From Octopus vulgaris (Eukaryota): a stretch of 64,000 nt of DNA. The DNA is taken from the NCBI GenBank assembly GCA_951406725.2, contig OX597834.1, positions 12,524,001 to 12,588,000 of the forward strand, written 5' to 3'. Of the stretch, positions 12,641 through 24,850 are shown in pieces. Below the pieces are notes generated by a model. The model was not told the origin of the DNA and searched no databases. It was given only the letters and a program-made list of their open reading frames with translations. Each line of letters starts with the position of its first letter. The first letter of the stretch is position 1. A program made the position numbers and the translations under genes.

Positions 12641-13536
12641 GACCGTTAAACTAACACAGGTCGAACTTACACAGTCGAACTAACATCGTCAACTACCTAA
12701 TTCTTTGTTAGGCACAAAGGTCCGATATACAGAGTGGACGACACACGGACAGAGAGATATTTCTTTATTAACCTATAGAAGGTTTACATAGAGGGGACAT
12801 TACAAGGACAGACAAGAGAGATTTAGTGTACAAACTCGCTTCAAACAGTGAAAAACCGGATGGATTTATATATATTGTAGATGAGGATTAACAAGGACAG
12901 AGAAAACAATATAAGTGGAGGCAAAAACATGAAACGGATGAAAGGTGAAATTATATAAAGTGAAGGTGAAATGGCCATTGAAATCCCACTCGCAGGTGGT
13001 TACATTTTACTGTTTTTGTTTTTTTTTTCATCAAATTTTCGCCAATAAAATTTTTACTTACTGTATTTCCTAGTCCAGCTACTGTATTATGTCTTTGCTA
13101 GATAAATGTCTTTCTTTCTTCTTTTTTGTGTCGGGTGCAAAGATATTGTTTTGTTAAGTTGTAATAGTGGACTCTTCGGCGTTATTTTTTGTTGTTGTTG
13201 TAACCAATTTTAGCGGAGTAGTAGTAGCAGCTCTATAGCGTTTTCCCCCTCTCGTCATTTCTTCCGTTCATATCCTGCCAACCCTGATTATCGCGACTCC
13301 TTTGCTGCAGTAGATTAGCAGGTGCATCCATTTCTGCGGATTGATTGAATGCCTCTTCTTCCGTGTGGTAAACCTCACTTCCACTGAGCCGAACTTTCTT
13401 CCTCTGTTGTAATAGGTGGTTACACTTTTGACATGTTCTAGGTAGTTTTCAATCGCCTCCTCCGTCTCTCTCTCTCTCAATTTTCTTGCTGGATTAGGGC
13501 AGCATTCTGTTTACCACAGTCCTTCTCCTGGTACTA

Positions 13537-14164
13537 GTGATTTCTTTATTAAGATTATATAATCTTATACATAGAATTACAAATACATAACAAACATGCA
13601 AAACAAATAATTAAGAGGTTCGCTATTTAAAAATTTTTTTTTTCATAACATTTGTATTAAAAATTCGTTTTTTAAATTGTCCTTTATATAACCAGTAGCA
13701 TCTTATCACAGTTCGGCAATTTACAAGCCCCGCAGCTTTTATTTCCTCTCCTCCCTCCATAGTTAAGCTGGGTTTCTAACACCCACCTTTCTTTCCACTT
13801 CCTTCCATCTTTTCTCATACACACCCCGTGGTAATCTCCTCTTCTCCAGCCCCATTTTGCTCTTCAGATGATATCTGAAGTAAGTGAGCAAGCCGGGGCC
13901 GGAGACAAAGGTTCCTATCGCGGCTCCTTCCATTCTTGTTCTCCACATGCATTCTTTTACTACTGCAACCGTACAGTGAAAACATGCCTCACCTTCCTTC
14001 GAGAGTCCAGTTGGCGGTATCATCTTAATCATAGACTCAGCCGACAGCTGTACTCGTCCTAGATGCGATAACACGTGTTCTGCGTAACTTATCAAGTCTG
14101 ACAACTTCCGACAGTGTACAAAGGCGTGCTGGACGGTTTCATCGTCCAACTCGCACCTTGGACA
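13537..14164 (-). mobile_element. 5'-truncated Tx1/L1-clade ORF2 3' end nested in element B
   Basis: CPRCELDDETVQHAFVHC zinc-binding motif and ORF 13763-14149; 14-bp TSD TTCTCCTGGTACTA at 13523-13536 and 14165-14178; tail AATAAAGAAAT. Confidence 0.85.
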
Positions 14165-14272
14165 TTCTCCTGGTACTATTGGTCACTTCTTTGGAGGGGT
14201 CAGTTGCAGGCTTTCCCTCTCCTCCTCGAGCAGCTCTCTGTGACTTCCAATCTTCTTAAGGTCCACTGATAC

Positions 14273-14506
14273 CTATTTCTTTACTACCCACAAGGGGCTA
14301 AACACAGAGTGGACAAACAAGGACAGACAAACAGATTAAGTCGATTACATCGACCCCAGTGCGTAACTGGTACTTATTTAATCGACCCCGAAAGGATGAA
14401 AGGCAAAGTCGACCTCGGCGGAATTTGAACTCAGAACGTAACGGCAGACGAAATACCGCTAAACATTTCACCCGGCGTGCTAACGTTTCTGCCAGCCCGC
14501 CGCCTT
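14273..14506 (-). mobile_element. Full-length SINE-A with TSD
   Basis: TSD AGGTCCACTGATAC at 14259-14272 and 14507-14520. Confidence 0.95.
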
Positions 14507-15578
14507 AGGTCCACTGATACCTATCGCACTTCCAATATGTTTGTAGCGTTTGTCGCCCGACCCATACCTACCGACGTGTTCTGGCGAACTTTCCATTTCA
14601 AAATTCTTCACCTCTAAGTGGGGAAAAGAACGTTAATCAATAAAACAGGCCGTAGCCGAAACCGCAATTACTCGACATAATTCTTTATTAGCCACTAAGG
14701 GCCCAACATAGAGGGGATAGTACAAGAACAGGGAAACGAGTGTGGACATAAAGCATAAAATAATGAATTATAAATAAATGAAGGTGGGATGGCTATTCGA
14801 AACCCACTCTCGAGCAGTACCATTCAACTGTCCGTTATCAATTTTTTTAAATCTTTTTCCTTGGGGTAGCAGGTGTAGCGTCTTTACGTCATTTAAATTT
14901 TTTTTCATAATATTAAGAATTATTTGCATTGCTTGTATACGGTTTCAAATCGTCCTATTTCATTGTGCTGCAAACACACGCTACACAAAACACACTAACA
15001 CAGCTTATATCACCACCAGTAAATAAAAAGAAACCGTCTCAGATATTCCGAGTTCACCTTGTAGACAAAGATACAGGAATAAAACACAAGTCTCTCAAAA
15101 GGCCGGTGCGATGGCTACTCGAAACCCACTCTCGAGCAGTGCCATTTAACTGTTCTTTATCAAGGTTTTTCCATCTTTTTTTTTTCATCGTGGTAGCAGG
15201 TGTAGTCTTTCAGTCTTTCTTTTTTTTTTTTCATAATATTAAGAATTATTTGCATTGCTTGTGTACGGTTTCAAATCGTCTCAGTTCAGTGTGCTGCAAA
15301 CATACGCTACACAAAATACACTAACACAGCATGCATCACCAACAGTATCACCAACAAAATAAAAACAAATCGTCTCAGATATTCTGAATTCACCTTGTAG
15401 GCAAAGAGACACAAACAGGAATAATATACAGTCCCTTAAAAAGCCCCATAAAAACAAGTCGTGTATTATGACGTACACAAAGGTAGGGCATCATACAATA
15501 CCTTAACTCCTAATCGGTCTATGTTTGACCCGAAGAATTCCTTTAATTTAGCATATCTTTCTTCGTCTATTAGTATAC

Positions 15579-15809
15579 CTATTTCTTTACTACCTGCAAG
15601 GGGCTAAACACAGAGAGGACAAACAAGGACAGACAAACGGATTAAATCGATTATATCGACCCCAGTGCGTAACTGGTACTTAATTTATCGACCCCGAAAG
15701 GATGAAAGGTAAAGTCGACCTCGGCGGATGTTGAACTCAGAATGTAGCGGCAGACGAAATACCGCTTAGCATTTCGCCCGGCGTGCTAACGTTTCTGCCA
15801 GTTTCCCGC
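15579..15809 (-). mobile_element. Full-length SINE-A with TSD
   Basis: TSD CTTCGTCTATTAGTATAC at 15561-15578 and 15810-15827. Confidence 0.95.
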
Positions 15810-17091
15810 CTTCGTCTATTAGTATACATTTAGTGTGTTCTGTATAATCCTTAGTCGGCAATTTCACTCTAATCACTGATTTGTACTTAGTGATTTTTCG
15901 TTCAATTGCCGTGCTTTTTGTGAAAGTCATAATACACACTTTATTTTTACGGGTCCTTTTGAGGGATTGTGTGTTATTCCTGTTTGTGTCCCTTTGTCTA
16001 CAAGGTGAACTCGGAATATATGGGGCGGTTTCTTTTTATTTATTTATTTTTTTTGTTAACTGGTAGTGATGTATGCTGTGTTAGTGTGTTTTAGTGTAGT
16101 CTTCCGTTTTACTATTCTTTTTCTTTTGGGGGCTTTCAGGGGCTTATTTACTGTTTCCTTTCTTTTGGGTACTTCTATAAATCCCACGTCTTCTGTGTCC
16201 TCCACATACTCCACCTGGGCCGGATTTTTCATTTCGGTACTCCGACTTTGTTCATGCTGGTTTTCTCTGATTTCATTATCTGGGGACACTTTATTTTAAT
16301 GCGCCTCTTTTCTCCGCAGTGGTAGGATGTTGGCGGTTTCCCTTCTACCACCACACCCAGCTTTATGTCTTCAAGCAGCAAACCCTCTTCTGCTATTTCG
16401 TTCAAGTCTTGCTTGGAGAACCTGGATAACCATTTCAAGGCCGTAACTCCACAATTCATTTTCTTTGTTCCTGCCATTTGAAATATCTTTGCGTCCTCAT
16501 GGATTCCGTGCATCACGGCTGCTACCGGCCACGCTTTTTCAATTTCTGTTGGCATCCTGCCTATCCTAAATCTTGCGACTCTGTTGCCGCAGTCGGCCGG
16601 CAGGAACAGCTATTATTGTGACCTCAGCGCCACAGTGGAATGATTTATTGGCTCTTCTTCGGTGGAAAACCTCATCTCCTCTGTGCCCTATCTTCTAGTG
16701 TAGAATGTTGCAACACTCTTTACTTCTTCCAGACATTTTTCTATAGCTTCCTCTGTTGCTATCTCAATCTTCTTACTGATTGTGGACAGCGTTTTGTAAA
16801 CCACTGTCCTCTTTTTCGTTTTGTTGACTACTTCCTTTGGATGGGTCAACCATAAACTTGACCCCTCCTTGTACTCTTCCAAGTTCTCAGGTTCAATTAT
16901 GACTTCCTGCACCAACAGCGAATCCGTCACGGTGGTACGGTTTTCAGGAGCCGAAGCATAACTCCTGGCGTGGGCTCGTACCGGTTCACAATTCATTTTT
17001 TACCGACTCTTCTCACCCAAAATGGGTGGGGGGAGAAAACAAACAAAACACAGGCCCGAAGGCAAAACGGCAACGGTATTCAACAAAATAT

Positions 17092-17215
17092 CCTTTCGGG
17101 GTCGATTAAATAAGTACCAGTTGCGCACTGGTGTCGATGTAATCGACTAAATCCGTGTATCTGTCCTTGTTTGTCCCCTCTGTGTTTAGCCCCTTGTGGG
17201 TAGTAAAGAAATAGA
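17092..17215 (+). mobile_element. 5'-truncated SINE-A
   Basis: 3' half of SINE-A; imperfect TSD gtattcaacaaaat / ataatcaacaaaat. Confidence 0.85.
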
Positions 17216-18004
17216 TAATCAACAAAATTCAACACCCTCAACCATAGGCTCACTGTCAAGGGAGAACCTTCAACAAAAGCTAGCAAGAATTATCCGCAAA
17301 TTGCTCGACAAACAACGTCAACTACACTTCTGACAAATCACTCAGATCTTATTTATTGTAATAGGTTATTCCACCTAGAATTAAGTGGGGGTTTTTAAGA
17401 TTATCCCATAGCAATATCTGTCACGACAGAAAGAAAGATCAAGGCAAACAGTTCATATGTATTTGTTTCGAAATTTTGATAAATATGGCGAGTTAGTAAT
17501 TGCAGCATTAGTCGATTACAATAATCCTGGTCCAGGAAGGAGGCAGGCAAAGTTGGCAATATTAGAATTCCGAACGCTAAAATTTGGAAGAAGTGCAGCT
17601 AAGCTTCATATTTCTTTCTGACGCGCAAAAAGGTTTTGCCATCATGCCAACTTCTTTCATGATATCACTATGCTTTCTAATTTCGCCATAAGGTCAACAG
17701 TTTGAAGGGAAATAGAAAGCCGATTGCATCGAGTCTAATACATGATAGATACTAAAATTTTATCTTCACCGAAAGGAAGAAAGGTCAGTTTAAACTCGCC
17801 CGGATTAGATGTCAGAAAGCAGACAAGCGGAAAAAAATGCCGATAAGCCTTTTCTCTTTTTTTCGATATTTCTGTCAGCTCACCGCTTTCTTTCACAATA
17901 TAATTAACACAAATTGCTCCCTAACAGATATCTCGATCTGTTTTGACAAGAAAAAAGAAAAGATTATTTATAGAAAATGGAGGAATTGTTAATACACAAC
18001 CAAT

Positions 18005-18432
18005 GGTTTGAACGGCAGTTTTTCGGTTTGAACGGCAGTTTTTAACATACTTTCTAGGTAACTAAAAAATTTTAAACTTCGTATACTGATAGAATGTGTT
18101 GGTAAAACATCTTTTTCTCTTGGCTTTATTGAGAAAATTCTATAGTTTGTAAGATATTTGTTGTTATTTTCTTCTTCAATTTCTGCAATTTCAACCAATC
18201 AGTGACGTGTATTGGGGTGAAAACATTCTGTGCCGTATGAATATGTCCCTCGTTTAAGAAACAGATTGGGTTTATTTACATTTGTGAAGAAAAAAAGATA
18301 CCCATCCCTCCACCCCTAACCCTAACCCTGAAACAGATTAAAATGCAATAGATCGATACTAGGGTTATAATTATGTGTGACAAGTTCTTATGATACCGCT
18401 AGAAAAAACTGCCGTTCAAACCGAAAAGATCC
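18005..18432 (+). mobile_element. GGATC-family DNA transposon copy (left end rearranged)
   Basis: Highly similar to 10573-10993; right end CCGAAAAGATCC; CCCTAACCCTAACCC at ~18314. Confidence 0.85.
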
Positions 18433-18614
18433 CAAACAACCAGAGGCTAAAACTAATGAAATGTGTTACTGCTGCCGGCGGCTTTATACCATTGTGACTG
18501 CATTGAATTTTGCTGCAGGCGGCTTTGATGGCGACACTATTATTAAATTTATTACTGGTTGTATTAGCATAGCTGCCACTGTTTGTTACAAATTGTGACG
18601 CTACTGGTTGCCTT

Positions 18615-19033
18615 TCAGGGACAGTATTATTGAAAGGCGGTGAGCTGGCAGAATCGTTAGCACGCAGGGCAAAATGCGTAGCCGTATTTCGTCTGCCGTT
18701 ACGTTCTGAGTTCAAATTCCGCCGAGGTCGACTTTGCCTTTCATCCTTTCGGGGCCGATTAAAAAATTACCAGTTACGCACTAGGGTCGATATAATCGAC
18801 TTAATCCGTTTATTTGTCCTTGTTTGTCCCCTCTGTGTGTAGCCCCTTGTGGGTAGTAAAGAAATAAGTATTATCGAAACATGTCCCTTGCGTTTAGTTG
18901 TGATGCTTTCAACGTCACCAGATCCAGAGATGTTAGCGTTGAGGATTATTGTGGTGATAATATTCATAATGGTCCAGATGATAATAAAGAAGCTGTTAAT
19001 CTTGCATTCCGCATCTTTTACTCAATCTCCATT
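18615..19033 (-). pseudogene. BPI/LBP-like C-domain exon relic interrupted by SINE-A
   Basis: Acceptor ttttag at ~19034; KINSFFII...ILNANISGSGDVESITTKRKGHVSI aligns in register with BPI [21 protein letters not shown] (recalled); in-frame stop and SINE insertion present. Confidence 0.5.
18636..18867 (+). mobile_element. Full-length SINE-A with TSD
   Basis: TSD AGTATTAT(T/C)GAAA at 18623-18635 and 18867-18879. Confidence 0.93.
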
Positions 19034-19336
19034 CTAAAAAAATATTTGGCCGCCGTTTTATATTTAAATTGCATAGAAAATCCTTTTTAAATTCAATAAT
19101 CTATTGCTGCCTAATGTCATGCAATTGTGGTAACCAACCTTTGTTATTCTGTACCCCATTTGTCCCTCAACTTATCGAAACAGAGTGGGAGGAAGACACA
19201 AGATTTGGATTCAGTATGTAAAACGCCTGGATAAATGCCAAATAGATTGTTATTCAATGCGATGATTGTTACCATTTTGCTCCCTTTTTAATTTTTGGTA
19301 CAAGGCCAGCAACTTTTAGGCGTTTTGGCTTGTAAA

Positions 19337-19720
19337 TCTCTCTCTATATAAACGGCAGTTTGTCTGTCTGCGTGTCTGTGTGTCTGTTAGGTTGTACCCT
19401 CACCCTGATCACGGCTTTCAACCGATTCTGATGAAACTTGACACACACATAGCCCAATGTCATAATTCAAAACTAACGCAGCGAAAATTTTGAAAAGTTC
19501 CCCCAGTTCTGAAAAAAAATCGATAAATTCGACATGGGGTCGAGAATCAGAAACACAAACCACAGACTGTCTAGGGGACGCAACTCGACCTTTTTAACTC
19601 TCAAAAAAATTTACCATAATTTTTTTTCCATTTTTTTGCTATTTTTTGGCTATAACTCTATAAAAATGCTTTATAGTTATTTCCCTTACAAACCCGAGCA
19701 ACGCCGGGCGATACTGCTAG
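19337..19720 (+). mobile_element. Non-autonomous Helitron
   Basis: A|TC start; CCCGAGCAACGCCGGG hairpin; CTAG|T end. Confidence 0.85.
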
Positions 19721-19854
19721 TTATTTTATAAACCTTCTAAGAACTAAAGGCAAAGTTGATCTCAGTACGTAAAAAGCCCGAAATAATGTCGCTAATTATT
19801 TTGACCGACGCGGTAATAATTCCGTCAACTATCAGCCTTAATGATTGTAATAAT

Positions 19855-20680
19855 CCTTGCTACTGTAGGTACAAGGCCTAAAATTTGGGGGAGGGGATAG
19901 TCAATTATATCGACCCCAGTACTCAACTGGTACTTGTTTTATCGACCCAAACCTTAAAAAGCAGAGTCGACCTCGGCGAAATTTGAACCCAGAACGTAGA
20001 GACAGGTGTAACGCCGCTAAGCATTTTGTCCAGCGTGCTAACATCTCTGCCAGATCTCCGCCTTATAATACTGGAAGATTAAAGAAGAACAGGTGATTTC
20101 ATATACAAGGACACACGATCACGTTGATGCAAATATATACATCTACTCCATCGCGAATTGCAAATCACAGACGAAGAGAGAAGAAAAATCCAGCATCCAC
20201 TTATAAGTGCACATCACTCAATCGCAATAAATAAAGAAATATATAATAGACCCCGGTGGAATTTGAACTCAAAACGTTACGACGGATGACATGGCGCCGA
20301 GTATTGTGCTCGTCGTGCTAACGATTCTGCCAGCTGGCCGCCTTAAAATGATGATCCTTATTTCTACTAAAAGCACAAGTCCCGAAATTCGTGGGGAGTA
20401 TATCACTGGTACTTAGTTAATCGACCCCGAAAATATGGAAGGCAAAAATTGACGTCGGTGGAATTTGAACTCAGAACGTGAAGACGGACGAAATGCCGCC
20501 AAGCGTTTCTCTCCCGGCGTTCTAACGATCCAGCGGGCTCACCGCCATATTAATACTACTTATAATTCTCTCTAATAAAAACAGGAGATCAGACATTTTG
20601 TATGAGGGGAAAGAGTTGAAATCTTATTCCCACGGATGACAGGCAAATTCTACCTCGGTTGGATTTGAACTCAGATCATA
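19855..20680 (-). mobile_element. Cluster of older, diverged SINE-A-related copies
   Basis: Recurrent gtcgacctcggcg-aatttgaactcagaacg motifs at ~19970, 20260, 20460, 20660. Confidence 0.7.
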
Positions 20681-20744
20681 TGGCTGGAAGAGAAGGCACT
20701 AAGTTTTTTATACAGCGAGCCAAAATTGCTGCCAAGTCGTAGCA

Positions 20745-21120
20745 TTACTACTACTACTACTACTACAACAAACACTACTACTACTACTACTGCCGCTACT
20801 ACTACTACTAATAATACTACTGCTTCTACTACTGCTGCTACTACTGCTGCTACTACAGCTGCTGCTGCTACTACTACTACTACTACTACTACTGCTACTA
20901 CTACTACTACTACTGCTTCTACTACTGCTGCTACTACTGCTGCTACTACAGCTGCTGCTGCTACTACTACTGCTACTACTGCTTCTACTACTGCTGCTAC
21001 TACTACTACTGCTGCTACTACTACTACTGCTGCTGCTACTACTACTGCTGCTGCTGCTGCTACTACTACTTGTACTACTACTACTACTTGTACTACTGCT
21101 GCTGCCACTACTACTACTAC
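20745..21120. repeat. (CTA/CTG)n trinucleotide repeat
   Basis: Direct. Confidence 0.95.
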
Positions 21121-22199
21121 GTGATGATGACGACGTGATGATGAAAACGATGATGATAATATTATCATTAACTTTGATGATGAAATTGTTAGAATTTACA
21201 ATTTCATATTAAACATTGCAGGAATAAAAAAAAAAGGTCCATTGAGGATTCCCACATATATTTTCTGTGATGTTATCTCTTCATATATATTCTATTTTTC
21301 CGCAATAATATGCTAGTTTGAATTAATATTGCTTTGCAGTGATGAAAAGGGGAAAAAATCATGCTAAATAATCGATATTATATTCGGTTGTATACATAAT
21401 AGTAATCTCATAAATAAATGTATATACACACACATATATAGATATTAGGACATTCATTTCTATAAGAGTTTTGTATTGTGTGAATATATACCTATATATA
21501 TTTTCACATACACATGTGTGAATATATACCTATATATATTTTCACATACACATGTGTGTATGTATACAGATATAGAGAGAAACGTTGTGTATATATACAT
21601 GTGTGCCGTAAGTTGCCGTAACTTTGGTTGATAGTTTTAATACTGGAAGATTAAAGAAGAACAGGTGATTTCATATACAAGGACACACGATCACGTTGAT
21701 GCAAATATATACATCTACTCCATCGCGCATGTAGAATTGGTAATAACAGACGAAGAGAAGAAAAATCCAGCATCCACTTATAAGTGCACATCACTCAATC
21801 GCAAATAGATATGCGTATAACCAAGCATGTAAAAAAGGTATTGGATCATATGCTGGCAAACAGATTTTAATAGGAGTTGCATACCTGCTGTTATATGTTA
21901 AATGAGACACTGAATATGTATAGAGTTTGATGCTAAAGAAGTGTGCTTTGCATTCTAGCGTAATCGATTACAACGCTACGTAGATATAGAGACCTTGACT
22001 TGAAGGAATGCACGTGTGTTACTTTCCTACTGTGAAGGTAGGTAGGTAGGTAGGAAACACATCTGTGTGTACCTATGTGGATCGATTGCAAGCCAGGTAG
22101 AAAAGAAGAATGTCAAAAGGGATAATCTATAACAGCAATATTGCTTCCGTATTTTCTTGCCGAAGTAACATATTTTTTTATAGATATAATAAATACCCA

Positions 22200-22370
22200 A
22201 GATCTATAAGGATGAATAAAACACATGTGTAGCTTCTATCAGTGAAGTGTCATGATCCCACACACTAATATTAAAATATGCTTTCACTCTCTTTTAAAAA
22301 TAGTAGCGATTCAAAATCCTTTAGAATTTAATCTTCGGTTTCTAAATTTTCGTGTTGCCTCATTTAAAGC
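22200..22370 (-). pseudogene. Possible BPI/LBP-like exon relic
   Basis: EATRKFRNRRL resembles BPI EVAKKFPNMKI (recalled); several stops. Confidence 0.25.
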
Positions 22371-22818
22371 AAATAAATTTATTATGGAAAGAATAAAGGT
22401 GAACGGTAGTTTATATATATATATATACACGTTCATCTTGATCATTCCTAGATCATAATCAACAATCTAACTGAAAATGTATCCTTAAGATCCTTCATCC
22501 TCGCCACAAAAATTTAATACTGAAAAATTTATTATAATACACTAATAATTCATTATAATACTCTAATATATATATATATATACATATATGTAGAAAATAG
22601 TAAAAAGTGAAAAAACTACAGAAGGCTTGTTTTAGAAGGTTAAAAAATATATATTTGAGTCATTATGTCTGAAGAATGTTATAAATTTTTTCATACAATA
22701 ACATAATTTTTGAAGAAAGACCGGTTTCGCGTTCAGCTTTTCAAATTTCTTATATCGTTATGTTTACGTTAAGAAGTGTGAAGGAGAGTGTATATATATG
22801 TATGTATATATGCGTGTT

Positions 22819-22868
<50 letters not shown>

Positions 22869-22872
<4 letters not shown>

Positions 22873-23196
22873 AAGCGCATGGCTCAGTGGTTACAGCATC
22901 GAGCTTACGATCGTGAGGTTGTATTTTCGAATCCCGTACTTGGCTGCGTGTTGTGTTCTTGAGTAAGACCCTTTATTTCACGTTGCTCCAGTTCACTCAG
23001 CTGTAGAAATGTGTTGCGACGTCACAGGTGCCAAGCTATATCGGCCTTTGCCTTTCTCTCGGATAACGCAGGTGGCTTGGAGCAGGGAGGCTGGTATGCA
23101 TGTGCGACTGCTTGTCTTCCATAAACAACCTTACCCGGACTTGTGCCTGGGAGGACAAATTTCTAGGTACAATCAGTCATGACCGAAGAGGGTCTC
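22869..23196 (+). mobile_element. SINE-D (tRNA head, CORE-like segment, tail CATGACCGAAG)
   Basis: A box TGGCTCAGTGG, B box TTCGAATCC; paralog at 24567-24850. Confidence 0.75.
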
Positions 23197-23954
23197 ATAT
23201 ATATATATATATGTACATGCTTTGTCACACTCTGTGTCATGCTGAATCTCCCTGGGATCTACGTTAAGGGTACAGAAGCCTATGAGCACCACCTGAAATT
23301 TGGGGAACCGGTTGGTATGTAATTATCAACAGAATTTAGCTAGTACATTCTATCATCTGCCTCAAAGGACTGAAAGTCAAAATTTGCCAAGGCATGATTT
23401 GAACTCACAACGTAAAGTGGCCGATCATTTTCTGCTTGGAAATTCTCCCAGCGCTCTAACACTTCTTCCATCTTTTCCAAAGATTTCAAACTATGTTAAA
23501 CGGTGTGTTTTTAAAAATGCTATTCATTAAATTATATTCACTGACATTGAAAATTTATTTCGTCTTAACCACATATTGCTTCTACTTGTAAAACACTTCA
23601 ATATTTCAAATCAGCAATATAACGAACACGTTAAAAATCTAATACGCAGTTGTAGCAACCGCACATGCGCACTATCTTCATGAATAAAAATAAACAAAAA
23701 CGCATATTGCTTATTACTCTGTAAATCGAGTTTCAGCGTTTGATAAATTACATAACCTCTTGTTCCTGAATTAACAAGACAACTTTTTACTTCTGACATT
23801 TATCAACTTAAGCACATTTCTTATTTAGACTTTATAAATTTAAACATCTTATTCTAACCAACGCACTTTACTTCCAGTTGCTTACAGAACTTAACGTGTA
23901 TCAAATGCACTTACCATTGTACATTTATTAACTGTGCTATTAATTTACTGCCAT

Positions 23955-24539
23955 AGGCGGCGAGCGGGCAGAAACGTTAGCGCGCCGGGCGAAATGCTTA
24001 GCGGTATTTCGTCTGTCTTTACGTTCTGAGTTGAAATTCCGCCGAGGTCGACTTTGCCTTTCATCCTTTCGAGGTCGATAAATTAAGTACCAGTTACGCA
24101 CTGGGGTCGATGTAATCGACTTAATACCTATGTCTGTCCTTGTTTGTCCTCTCTGTGTTTAGCCCCTTGTGGGTAATAAAGAAATAGGTATTTCGTCTGC
24201 CGTTACGCTCTGAGTTCAAATTCCGCCGAGGTCGACTTTGCCTTTCATTCTTTCGGGGTCGATAAATTAAGTACCAGTTTCGCACTGGTGTCGATGTAAT
24301 CGACTTAATCCCTTTGTCTGTCCTTGTTTGTCCCCTCTATGTTTAGCCCCTTGTGGGTAGTAAAGAAATAGGTACATTCTGAGTTCAAATTCCGCCGAGG
24401 TCGACTTTGCCTTTCATCCTTTCGGGGTCGATTAAATAAGTACCAGTTTCGGACTGGTGTCGATGTAATCGACTTAATCTATTTGTCTGCCCTTGTTTGC
24501 CCCCTCTATGTTTAGCCCCTTGTGGGTAGTAAAGAAATA
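23955..24539 (+). mobile_element. SINE-A trimer bounded by one TSD
   Basis: Full head + two head-less units (junctions ~24188 and ~24371); TSD TATTAATTTACTGCCAT at 23938-23954 and 24540-24556. Confidence 0.93.
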
Positions 24540-24566
24540 TATTAATTTACTGCCATTTATATATTG

Positions 24567-24850
24567 TAAAGGTGCATGGCTCAGTGGTTATAAAGTCGGG
24601 CTTTCAATCACTAGGTACTGAGTTCGATTTCACTTTGCTCTAGTTCATTTAGCTCTAGCAATGAGTTGCGACGTCAATGGTGCCAAGTTGTATTGGCCTT
24701 TGTCTTTCTCATGGAAAGCGTCGCTGGCATGGAGAGGTGACGTTCGCATGCATGGGTGACCGCTGGTGTTCCGTAGACAACATTTTCCGCACTCGTGCCT
24801 CGGAGGAGAATATTATGCAATAATATGGCACTTCATGACCGAAGGGTAAT
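24567..24850 (+). mobile_element. SINE-D copy
   Basis: Similar to 22869-23196. Confidence 0.7.

Larger units (their letters stand above)
12757..14678 (-). mobile_element. ORF1-only Tx1-like element B (degenerate, two nested insertions)
   Basis: After removing inserts, reads EVTNSTRRRTVV...KKIER.ETEEAIENYLEHVKSVTTYYNRGRKFGSVEVRF, homologous to ORF 16688-16996; 3' tail resembles SINE-A tail; no RT sequence of its own. Confidence 0.7.
14679..17330 (-). mobile_element. ORF1-only Tx1-like element A (degenerate gag-like ORF with zinc knuckle)
   Basis: Frames 16688-16996, 16229-16555 and 16056-16289 form one broken ORF1 with VVVEGKPPTSYHCGEKRRIKIKCP (decayed CX2CX4HX4C); 3' tail at 14679-14735 resembles SINE-A tail; no ORF2 between ORF1 and tail. 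Confidence 0.75.

Noticed and set aside
20671-21168. Thr/Ala-rich mucin- or antifreeze-like ORF
   Set aside because: Simple (CTA/CTG)n repeat downstream of a SINE relic; no splice sites or non-repeat coding context found
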